DNA of 49,971 nt from sequence record DRR378314_1192. The stretch is one strand, 5' to 3'. The position numbers and the translations under genes were made by a program. A model generated the notes under the pieces. The model made no database searches. It saw nothing but the letters and a program-made list of their open reading frames with translations, and had not been told where the DNA came from. Shown here in pieces: positions 29,438-37,673 of this stretch (position 1 is the first letter of the stretch; each line of letters opens with the position of its first letter).

Positions 29438-30841
29438 TCAGCGGCGCTTGCGTGATGCAGGTTCACGAACACGCGCAAGCGGCCGGACCTGGCTTTCAAG
29501 ATGTTCGATGATCAGGCCGGCAATATCCTTGCCCGTGGCGGACTCGATACCCTCAAGGCCGGGGGAGGAATTCACTTCCAGAACTTTCGGGCCTTTCTCC
29601 GTTTGTAGAAGGTCTACGCCAGCGACCCGCAGGCCAAGTACCTTTGCTGCCTCCCGCGCCGTATCTCTCTCCTGCCGCGTCAGTTTGATCGTGGATGCGG
29701 TGCCGCCACGGTGCAAATTGGACCGGAACTCGCCCTTCTGTGCCTGGCGCTTCATTGCGCCTACCACCTTGTTGCCAATCACAAAGGCTCGCACATCGGT
29801 CCCGGCCGCCTCTTCCACGAATTCCTGAACCAGGAAGTTGGCGTCCAGCCCGCGGAAGGCGTCAGTCAAGCTTTCCGCAGCCTTGCGTGTTTCTGCCAAC
29901 ACGACGCCTTTGCCCTGTGTCGATGAGAGCAGCTTCACCACCACCGGTGCGCCTCCGGCCAGAGAGATAAGGTCTTTCGTGTCTTTCGGGCTGTGGGCAA
30001 AGGCGGTGACCGGCATGTCTATCTTGGCGCGTGCAAGTAATTGGTGGGCCATCAGCTTGTCGCGCGAATGCCCGATGGAACTCGCGCTGTTCAGGCAGAA
30101 AGCGCCAGTATTGGTGAACTGGCGCAATACGGCGAGCCCGTAATCCGTTATCCCCGCACCGATACGCGGGATGACGGCGTCATAACGCGGCAGCGCCTTG
30201 CCATCATAATGCACTTGCGGGTGCGTTGTGCCGATTTGCATGTAGCAGCGGGCCGTGTCGATGGCTTCGATCACGTGGCCGCGCGCTTGCGCTGCTTCTA
30301 TCAGGCGCTGACTGGAGTAATTCTTCGGCTCACGCGTTAGCAGGGCGATCCGGAGGGGGCGTTTTACAGGGCGCTTTTTCGGCAGGCCGGCATAGGCGGC
30401 GAAGTCCAGCTTCGGCTGACGGAACGACGCGTTGGCATCGACAATCATGTCGGGCTGGATTGCGCCGCGTCCGAACAGCATTCGGTAGGACATGCTTTCG
30501 CGATTGGTTAGCGTCAGTTGGATCGGCCAGCGTCGGCCACCCATTTCCACATCGGTCTGGATTACATAGCGCAGCTCTGTTTCCCCGTTCGAGCTTGTCA
30601 CGTCGCGGCGGTCCACGACCGGTGCTGAACATGTCACCTCGAGCGCGGGATTGTTCGGGTCTGGTTGTATCAGGAAGCGCACTTGCGGCGCGTCAGCCGG
30701 ACCAAATGGCTCGATCACGCTGGCGTGCAGCGCAGACGTGCGCGCGCCTGTATCCACCTTCGCCTTGATGGCTGGCAGGCCAAGATCAGGCAGCGCGAGC
30801 CATTCCTCCCAGCCGAGTTCAAAAGGTTTGGAATGGGGCAT
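29438..30841 (-). CDS. rimK: Fusion of RimB-like retropepsin-type peptidase and RimK alpha-L-glutamate ligase
   Basis: N-terminal [26 protein letters not shown]-terminal ATP-grasp [35 protein letters not shown]. Confidence 0.92.
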   Translation of the reverse strand: MPHSKPFELGWEEWLALPDLGLPAIKAKVDTGARTSALHASVIEPFGPADAPQVRFLIQPDPNNPALEVTCSAPVVDRRDVTSSNGETELRYVIQTDVEMGGRRWPIQLTLTNRESMSYRMLFGRGAIQPDMIVDANASFRQPKLDFAAYAGLPKKRPVKRPLRIALLTREPKNYSSQRLIEAAQARGHVIEAIDTARCYMQIGTTHPQVHYDGKALPRYDAVIPRIGAGITDYGLAVLRQFTNTGAFCLNSASSIGHSRDKLMAHQLLARAKIDMPVTAFAHSPKDTKDLISLAGGAPVVVKLLSSTQGKGVVLAETRKAAESLTDAFRGLDANFLVQEFVEEAAGTDVRAFVIGNKVVGAMKRQAQKGEFRSNLHRGGTASTIKLTRQERDTAREAAKVLGLRVAGVDLLQTEKGPKVLEVNSSPGLEGIESATGKDIAGLIIEHLESQVRPLARVREPASRKRR

Positions 30842-31031
30842 GGATTTCGGAGCCTCAGTCGGGATTTTTCCGCCGCTTATGCTTGAGTGATGACAAGCAC
30901 AAGCGACAAGAGCATCAAAGCTGCAAACATTCCGTAGAGGTTTGTCGACCAACGGCGCGAACTTTCCAGAATTTGACCCGCTTCCGCCTCAATGTGCCAT
31001 CATGGGTTGAAATCGAGTTGCTCTGGATATC

Positions 31032-31364
31032 GTGATGATAGTCGTCATCTTTGCTTTCTCTGCGCTGTTAAGCGTGTATCCGCTCACCGCCTGGGATTGG
31101 AGATCCTTCGCAACAATGAGTGCGATTTCGCTCAGTCCGATACTGATCGTGTGGACGTTCTATTTTGTCACCGATGCAGGCGCCACCATGTTCTATGGGT
31201 TTCTGCTACTAGGCTCCCTAGCAGTCGTGAGCGCAATCGCAGGACGATTGATCACATTATCGTTGAAATCATTGTTCGCATGGCCACGCTACCTGACTTT
31301 TCCCCTGGAGGCGGCCCCGGTACTGTCGCTGCCGTATTGGAGCGGCCTATGGACGCTGGGTTAA
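31032..31364 (+). CDS. Small hypothetical multi-pass membrane protein
   Basis: 110 aa, largely hydrophobic; fills the intergenic gap. Confidence 0.5.
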   Translation: MMIVVIFAFSALLSVYPLTAWDWRSFATMSAISLSPILIVWTFYFVTDAGATMFYGFLLLGSLAVVSAIAGRLITLSLKSLFAWPRYLTFPLEAAPVLSLPYWSGLWTLG

Positions 31365-31404
31365 AGTGAGTGTGGTTCTGGAAGCCCCCAGAGCCTGAAC
31401 GCGT

Positions 31405-33399
31405 TCAGCCTTCGACCAGCCATGCCTTGTCTACAATGCCCACCACGTCGCCCATGATCTCGGTGATCTTGAAATCCTTCGGCGTGTAAACGCGGGCGAT
31501 GCCCATCTGGCGAAGTGCGCGGGAATCTTCCGGTGGGATGATGCCGCCCACAACGACCGGGACATTGTCGAGACCGACCTTGCGAAGCTCGGCAATCGTT
31601 TCGCGCACCAAATCCAGATGGCTGCCCGACAGAATCGACAGGCCCACGACATGGGCGTTGTTTTCCTTCGCCTGCGCGGCGATCTCGGATGGTGTGAAAC
31701 GAATGCCCTCATAGACGACATTCATGCCCACTTCCCGGCCGCGCGCGGCGATCTGCTCGGCGCCATTGGAGTGGCCATCAAGGCCGGGCTTGCCGAGCAC
31801 ATAGGTCAGCTGGCGGCCGAGCGCTTCGGAAACGCGTTCAACTTCCTTGCGGACCGCGGTGACATCTTCCTCACCTTCGGTCTTGATAACCATTGCAACG
31901 CCCGTCGGAGCACGGAATTCGCCGAATACCTCCCGCATCGCGGTGCCCCATTCGCCGGTCGTAACGCTGGCCTTCGCGCAGACGATGGATGGCTCCATGA
32001 TGTTGGTGCCATCGCGCGCGGCCTGCTTCAAATTGGCGAGCGCCTCATCGACGGCAGACTGGTCGCGTTGGCTGCGCCATTCCTTCAAGTCGCGCACCTG
32101 GGCAGATTCTTCTGCGGGGTCGACAGTCTGGATCGAGCCGTCACCCGCGCCGAGCGGGCTGTCTTCGCTTTCTGTATAACGATTGACGCCAACCACAGTC
32201 AGCTCGCCGCTCTCGATGGCCTTGATGCGTTCGATATGAGCGTCGACCAGACTTTCTTTCATGAAATCGATCGATTTGGTCGCCCCGCCGCGCTGATCAA
32301 TGTCGGCAAGTGTATCGCGGGCCAGCGCTTTCAATTCCTCAGTCTTGGATTCGATGACGTGGCTGCCATCGAAAATGTCTTCATATTCCAGAAGGTCCGT
32401 CTCATAGGCGAGGATCTGTTGCAGGCGCAAAGACCATTGCTGGTCCCACGGGCGTGGCAGGCCAAGCGCCTCGTTCCAGGCCGGCAATTGCAGGGCGCGG
32501 CATCGAGCTTTTTTGGACAGCGTGACCGCCATTGCTTCAATCAATATGCGGTAGACATTGTTTTCAGGCTGCGGCTCGGTCAGGCCGAGCGAGTTGACCT
32601 GAACGCCGTAGCGGAACAGCAGCGCCTTTGGGCTGGTGACGCCATAGCGCTCGCGGCCAATCTCCTCCCAGAGTTCCACAAAGGCACGCATCTTACAAAG
32701 TTCCGTAACGAAACGGACACCGGCGTTCACAAAAAATGAAATACGACCGAAAACAGTCTCAAAGTCTGATTCCGGAACTTGTCCGCCGGCTTTCACCGTA
32801 TCCAGAACAGAGATTGCCGTCGCCAGCGCGTAGGCCAGTTCCTGCTCCGGTGTCGCGCCCGCTTCCTGCAGGTGATAGGAGCAGACATTCATCGGATTCC
32901 ATTTGGGCACTTCAGTATAGCACCAACTAACCATGTCCGAGATCAGACGAAGGCTCGGCTCGGGCGGGAACACATAGGTTCCGCGGGAGAGATACTCCTT
33001 AACAATGTCGTTCTGGGTCGTTCCGCGCAGCTTCTTGCGATCATCTCCGCGTTCATCTGCCAGTGCGACGTAAAGCGCCAGCATCCAGGCCGCCGGCGCA
33101 TTGATCGTCATGGAGGTGTTCATCTCTTCCAGCGGCAACTGATCGAAGAGCAGGCGCATATCGCCAAGATGCTTCACTGGCACGCCGACCTTGCCGACTT
33201 CGCCCTTTGAGAGGATGTGGTCGGCGTCATAGGCGGTCTGTGTGGGCAGGTCGAAGGCGATCGACAGGCCTGTCTGGCCCTTGGCGAGATTGCCGCGATA
33301 GAGTTCATTGGATTTCGTCGCCGTGGAATGGCCCGCATAGGTCCGAAAGATCCACGGGCGGTCCGGCGCGTGCTGGTATGCTTTATCCATGTCTGCCAC
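31405..33399 (-). CDS. ecm: Ethylmalonyl-CoA mutase (MeaA), B12-dependent
   Basis: PWIFRTYAGHS, GTTQND, SYHLQEAGA, GVQVNSLGLTE, GKPGLDGHSNG B12 motif; lies near ccrA. Confidence 0.93.
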   Translation of the reverse strand: MADMDKAYQHAPDRPWIFRTYAGHSTATKSNELYRGNLAKGQTGLSIAFDLPTQTAYDADHILSKGEVGKVGVPVKHLGDMRLLFDQLPLEEMNTSMTINAPAAWMLALYVALADERGDDRKKLRGTTQNDIVKEYLSRGTYVFPPEPSLRLISDMVSWCYTEVPKWNPMNVCSYHLQEAGATPEQELAYALATAISVLDTVKAGGQVPESDFETVFGRISFFVNAGVRFVTELCKMRAFVELWEEIGRERYGVTSPKALLFRYGVQVNSLGLTEPQPENNVYRILIEAMAVTLSKKARCRALQLPAWNEALGLPRPWDQQWSLRLQQILAYETDLLEYEDIFDGSHVIESKTEELKALARDTLADIDQRGGATKSIDFMKESLVDAHIERIKAIESGELTVVGVNRYTESEDSPLGAGDGSIQTVDPAEESAQVRDLKEWRSQRDQSAVDEALANLKQAARDGTNIMEPSIVCAKASVTTGEWGTAMREVFGEFRAPTGVAMVIKTEGEEDVTAVRKEVERVSEALGRQLTYVLGKPGLDGHSNGAEQIAARGREVGMNVVYEGIRFTPSEIAAQAKENNAHVVGLSILSGSHLDLVRETIAELRKVGLDNVPVVVGGIIPPEDSRALRQMGIARVYTPKDFKITEIMGDVVGIVDKAWLVEG

Positions 33400-33416
33400 G
33401 GAATTCTCCCCTTATT

Positions 33417-33433
33417 ATGTTGCGCCGCAACAT
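33417..33433. promoter_or_regulatory. Perfect palindromic operator upstream of ecm (PhaR-like TGC-N3-GCA core)
   Basis: ATGTTGCG-C-CGCAACAT. Confidence 0.55.
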
Positions 33434-33515
33434 GCCGTGTGAAACGACACAAGGCAAGCGTGCATGCTTGCGTCAGGATGTCAGAGCAACCAGATGGAGG
33501 CGAGAGGAGAAATAC

Positions 33516-34031
33516 GTGAACCAGCCGACCAGTCTGATCCAGTCCGCCTTGCTTTTGCGGATAATCGCTATCCTCATCTTTCCGCTTGGCGTGGTCGTCG
33601 CGGCGCTTCTGGAGCGCAGCGTGCTGATGGTGGCGGCGTTGGCGGCCGGAATGCTTCTGGCCAGCTGGGTTGAGCGTTTCCGGTTGCATCGACTGACTGG
33701 CCATGAAGGGTATCCTGCGGTGACGGGATTGTTGCCAGGGTTCGCCGTGCGTGCCGGTTTGCTGGCAGGATTGTTCATTGTCTGCCTCGGCGTGTTTGCG
33801 TTGTTTCGAGAGACGTCCCTGGCGCGCGGGTATGGCGCGGTGGATGTCGGGCTATTCTGCGCGACAACGGGCATCGCCCTGCTGGCAAATACTTTCAGTG
33901 CGCGCATCGCAACACAGGAAGTGTCGGCAGTGATGAGCCAGATGAATACAGGCGTTTCCAACAGTGCAAGTTCCGGGGCAGGGAACGGCAATGGAGAGAT
34001 CATCGAAGGCGAGATCATCGACAAGGAATAG
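33516..34031 (+). CDS. Hypothetical membrane protein (about 4 TM)
   Basis: GAGGAG RBS with GTG start; hydrophobic helices; EIIEGEII tail. Confidence 0.65.
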   Translation: MNQPTSLIQSALLLRIIAILIFPLGVVVAALLERSVLMVAALAAGMLLASWVERFRLHRLTGHEGYPAVTGLLPGFAVRAGLLAGLFIVCLGVFALFRETSLARGYGAVDVGLFCATTGIALLANTFSARIATQEVSAVMSQMNTGVSNSASSGAGNGNGEIIEGEIIDKE

Positions 34032-34150
34032 CCATCTTCCTGTGTGAAATCCGTTAGCGCAAACATCCCCATGTTTGCTACGGCTTTCTGGACATTTCGC
34101 GGCTGCCTGAAATCAGGTATAGCGCCCCCGCGTACACGGAGTTTCCGGCG

Positions 34151-34453
34151 ATGACTGACATGATCGGCCTTGTGGCCGCTGCCCTCACCACGCTTTCATT
34201 CCTGCCACAGGCCCTGATGGTCATCCGGACCGGCCGGACGGATGGCATTTCGCTGATCATGTATACGATGTTCACGGCGGGCGTGACGGGCTGGTTGGTC
34301 TATGGCTTCCTGCTCAACTCAATGCCGATTATCATCGCCAACTTGGTTACAATCCTTCTGGCGAGTGTGATTTTGGGCCTGAAAGTGCGCCACACGCTTC
34401 AGGCGAGGGCCCAGGCGGCCACCTTGGAGACGTCTGCGCCCAGCGCTTCATAA
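34151..34453 (+). CDS. SemiSWEET/PQ-loop transporter
   Basis: AAALTTLSFLPQ, T.GISL.MY, WLVYG, PIIIAN. Confidence 0.9.
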   Translation: MTDMIGLVAAALTTLSFLPQALMVIRTGRTDGISLIMYTMFTAGVTGWLVYGFLLNSMPIIIANLVTILLASVILGLKVRHTLQARAQAATLETSAPSAS

Positions 34454-35283
34454 TATAGCCGCTGTACAAGACGGGTTACCGGGCCGGGCTTGCCGTCGCC
34501 GACAGGGCGATCTTCCAACTGGACCACAGGCGCAATCATCGCACCGGCCGAGGTGGTGAAGATCTCCCGCGCAGCATAGGCTTCATCGGGAGTGAAGGCG
34601 CGCTCTTCCACGGTGAGGCCTCGATCTCTCAGGCGGGCAATAACATGTGCGCGCGTGATCCCGGGCAGAATGTCGCTGGACAGGTTGCGGGTGATGATCT
34701 GGTCGTCCTCGGTCACGATCCACGAATTGGCTGAGGCGGCTTCGGTAACGTATCCATCTTCCACCATGAACGCGGTTTGCGCGCCCGCTTCACGCGCGGA
34801 TCTATAGGCGAGGGCCTGAGACAATAACTGGGTTGTCTTGATGTCGCGCCGCCGCCAACGAATATCGTTCAGGAAGATCGCGCGAATTCCATGCTCCGCA
34901 ACCGGACCGATCAAGGGGCGATGATCGGCGAAAAGAAGTACGGTCGATGTAAAGACATCCGGCCCGGCAAAGTCGCGTCCGTCATATGCGCCGGCTGTGA
35001 CCTGCAAATAGATCAGACCTTCCTGCAAACCGTTCTTGTGCAGGAGCTGTACATGCAGGTCTTCCCAGTCAGCGGCACTGTGCGGGTTCGGGATGGCGAT
35101 GGCGTCCAGCGTGTTACGGAGCCGTGAAACGTGGCCCTCGAAATCGACCAATCGTCCGCCATAGACTGCAGTTACTTCATAGGCGGCATGAGCAAAAAGG
35201 AATCCTCGATCCAGTGGGGAAATCCGCGCATCCTGCCGCTGGGTAAATGCGCCGTTCAGATATACGATGTCGCCCATTGGCAT
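34399..35283 (-). CDS. Class IV aminotransferase (D-amino acid transaminase-like)
   Basis: YLNG, DRGFLF, YEV, YLQVT, RDIKT, TEAASAN, ILPGITR. Confidence 0.9.
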   Translation of the reverse strand: MPMGDIVYLNGAFTQRQDARISPLDRGFLFAHAAYEVTAVYGGRLVDFEGHVSRLRNTLDAIAIPNPHSAADWEDLHVQLLHKNGLQEGLIYLQVTAGAYDGRDFAGPDVFTSTVLLFADHRPLIGPVAEHGIRAIFLNDIRWRRRDIKTTQLLSQALAYRSAREAGAQTAFMVEDGYVTEAASANSWIVTEDDQIITRNLSSDILPGITRAHVIARLRDRGLTVEERAFTPDEAYAAREIFTTSAGAMIAPVVQLEDRPVGDGKPGPVTRLVQRLYYEALGADVSKVAAWALA

Positions 35284-35305
35284 GAATGCAACGCCCCCTT
35301 GCTGA

Positions 35306-35326
35306 TTTTTGTGCAGCGCAACAAAA
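35306..35326. promoter_or_regulatory. Imperfect palindrome in the aminotransferase/ccrA divergent region (TGC-N3-GCA core)
   Basis: TTTTTGTGCAGCGCAACAAAA; shares TGCRNCGCAACA with the ecm site. Confidence 0.5.
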
Positions 35327-35444
35327 TTCTTGCATGCGTCACACTCAGCGGCCAAGGTGGCGGGAACCGGATGTTTTGTGAAGACATGAAAAATGTGCGC
35401 CAATGCGTTCCGGAAGTGTAATCAAGGAGGAGGGCCCCCCTGCC

Positions 35445-36701
35445 ATGGCAAGGGAGACAAAAGACATTTACGAACTCGGTGAGATCCCGCCGGAGTTCCA
35501 TGTACCGAAAATGATGCATGCCTGGGCAATTCGCCGGGAGCGCCACGGTCGACCGTCAACGGCGATGCAGCTTGAGCAAGTGCCTGTGCCGGAGATCGAT
35601 TCCGACGAGGTGCTGGTGCTCGTCATGGCAGCTGGCGTGAATTATAACGGCATCTGGGCCGGGCTGGGCGAGCCGATTTCGCCATTCGATATTCACAAGC
35701 AGGATTATCACATCGCAGGCTCAGACGCCGCGGGGATTGTCTGGGCGGTCGGCCGCAAGGTGACTCGCGTGAAGCCAGGCGATGAAGTTGTCATCCACTG
35801 TAACCAGGACGATGGCGATGATGAGGAGTGCAATGGCGGCGACCCGATGTTCTCGCCGAGCCAGCGCATTTGGGGTTATGAGACTCCGGACGGTTCTTTT
35901 GCGCAATTCTGCCGCGTTCAGGCGCGTCAGTGCATGCCGCGTCCGAAACATCTGACCTGGGAGGAGAGCGCCTGCTACACGCTGACACTCGCAACGGCCT
36001 ACCGGATGCTGTTCGGACACCGCCCGCATATTTTGAAGCCCGGTGAGCACGCCCTGATCTGGGGCGCATCCGGCGGACTTGGCAGTTTTGGGGTTCAGCT
36101 TTGTGCTGTCACCGGTGCGCACGCGATTGGCGTCGTTTCGTCAGATGACAAGTTCGACCACGTCATGTCGCTTGGCGCGAAAGGCGTGTTGAATCGGAAA
36201 GACTTCAATTGCTGGGGCCAATTGCCCACGGTGAACGGCCCGGAATTCAGCGACTACATGAAGGAAAGCCGCAAATTCGGCAAAGCGATCTGGGAAATCA
36301 CCGGCAAGCAGGATGTCGACATCGTGTTCGAACATCCGGGCGAGTCGACGTTCCCCGTGTCGGTTTTTGTCGTCAAGCGTGGCGGCATGGTTGTGATCTG
36401 TGCCGGCACGACAGGCTTTAACCTGACTATGGATGCGCGCTTCCTCTGGATGCGCCAGAAGCGGGTGCAGGGCAGCCACTTTGCAAACCTGAAACAGGCT
36501 TCGGCCGCCAACAAGCTGGTCATTGATCGCCGGATTGATCCCGGCATGTCGGAGGTCTTCCCCTGGGCAGACATTCCGGCAGCGCACGAGAAGATGCTGG
36601 ATAACAAGCACCTTCCGGGCAACATGGCCGTGCTGGTCACCTCGCCGAAGCCGGGCCTGCGCACGGTTGAAGACGTGCTCGCTGTCAGCGGACAGGCCTG
36701 A
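35445..36701 (+). CDS. ccrA: Crotonyl-CoA carboxylase/reductase
   Basis: VMAAGVNYNG, IWGYETPDGSFAQF, WGASGGLG, FEHPG, RFLWMRQKRVQGSHFAN. Confidence 0.96.
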   Translation: MARETKDIYELGEIPPEFHVPKMMHAWAIRRERHGRPSTAMQLEQVPVPEIDSDEVLVLVMAAGVNYNGIWAGLGEPISPFDIHKQDYHIAGSDAAGIVWAVGRKVTRVKPGDEVVIHCNQDDGDDEECNGGDPMFSPSQRIWGYETPDGSFAQFCRVQARQCMPRPKHLTWEESACYTLTLATAYRMLFGHRPHILKPGEHALIWGASGGLGSFGVQLCAVTGAHAIGVVSSDDKFDHVMSLGAKGVLNRKDFNCWGQLPTVNGPEFSDYMKESRKFGKAIWEITGKQDVDIVFEHPGESTFPVSVFVVKRGGMVVICAGTTGFNLTMDARFLWMRQKRVQGSHFANLKQASAANKLVIDRRIDPGMSEVFPWADIPAAHEKMLDNKHLPGNMAVLVTSPKPGLRTVEDVLAVSGQA

Positions 36702-36717
36702 CCCTTCCGACCCAAAT

Positions 36718-36757
36718 AGGAAAACCCCGTCGGCGATGGCCGGCGGGGGTTTTTCCT
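36718..36757. terminator. Bidirectional Rho-independent terminator
   Basis: AGGAAAA-CCCCGTCGGC-GATG-GCCGGCGGGG-GTTTTTCCT between convergent genes. Confidence 0.85.
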
Positions 36758-36775
36758 TGCCCTGAAAACACCAGG

Positions 36776-37507
36776 CTAAAGCTCGTCCATGCCGCCCGGA
36801 TTCCGACGGCGGCGGATCAGCCACATGACGCCGCGAAGATCAGACAGGGCATCAGCCAGTCGGCCAAAATTGGTGTAGTTCGACTTGCCGGAGCCACGCT
36901 CGCGGTGGTTCACATCGCGATACTCTACATCGAACCCCTCCGCCCGCATCAGGGCAGGGACGTAGCGATGGATGTGATCGAAATAGGGAAGCTGCAGGAA
37001 CGCGTCGCGATAAATCGCCTTCACGCCGCAGCCCGCATCATCGCAATCGTCTTTCAGCATACGCTTGCGGATCCTGTTGGCAAATGTGCTGCCGAAGCGT
37101 TTCCACGCGGTGTCCTTGCGCTTGGTGCGGCGCCCCATCACCATTTTCAGGGATTCCGGTGCGTCAGCGCGTGTCAGCTGGCGGTAGAGATCTGGCAGGT
37201 CGGCCGGGTCGTTCTGACCGTCGCCGTCAAGTGTGCCGACCACTGGTGCGCGCGCGGCGAGGATACCGGACCGTATAGCGCGGCTCTGGCCAGCATTCTT
37301 GCGGTGGCTGATGACGCGCAGCATTGGAAAACGCGCCTTCAGGTCCACGAGACGTGCACGTGTATCGTCGCTGGATGCATCATCCACAAACACCATCTCG
37401 AAGGCGCGGCCATCCAGCGCGCGATGAATCTCGGTGACCAGGGGTTCGACATTGCCGGATTCATTGTGAACCGGAACGACAATGGAAAATTCGAGTGACT
37501 GGGCCAT
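36776..37507 (-). CDS. GT2 polyprenyl-phosphate glycosyltransferase (DPM1/ArnC/RgtE-like)
   Basis: SIVVPVHNE, VDDASSD, LDGDGQNDP, DAGCG.K, HRER..GKSNY. Confidence 0.9.
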   Translation of the reverse strand: MAQSLEFSIVVPVHNESGNVEPLVTEIHRALDGRAFEMVFVDDASSDDTRARLVDLKARFPMLRVISHRKNAGQSRAIRSGILAARAPVVGTLDGDGQNDPADLPDLYRQLTRADAPESLKMVMGRRTKRKDTAWKRFGSTFANRIRKRMLKDDCDDAGCGVKAIYRDAFLQLPYFDHIHRYVPALMRAEGFDVEYRDVNHRERGSGKSNYTNFGRLADALSDLRGVMWLIRRRRNPGGMDEL

Positions 37508-37673
37508 GGCTGGCACCTTTCAGCAAGGGAATCGCGCACGCGCGCGAGGCAGGTTTCGCACGCTCATACAAAGCGATTTGACGCAAGGCGAGCCCTATGG
37601 CGCATCTATCGCTTACTGAAACTCAGCGCAAAACAATGAAGACGTGCCGGGATGAACACGGTAAACGGCATTT

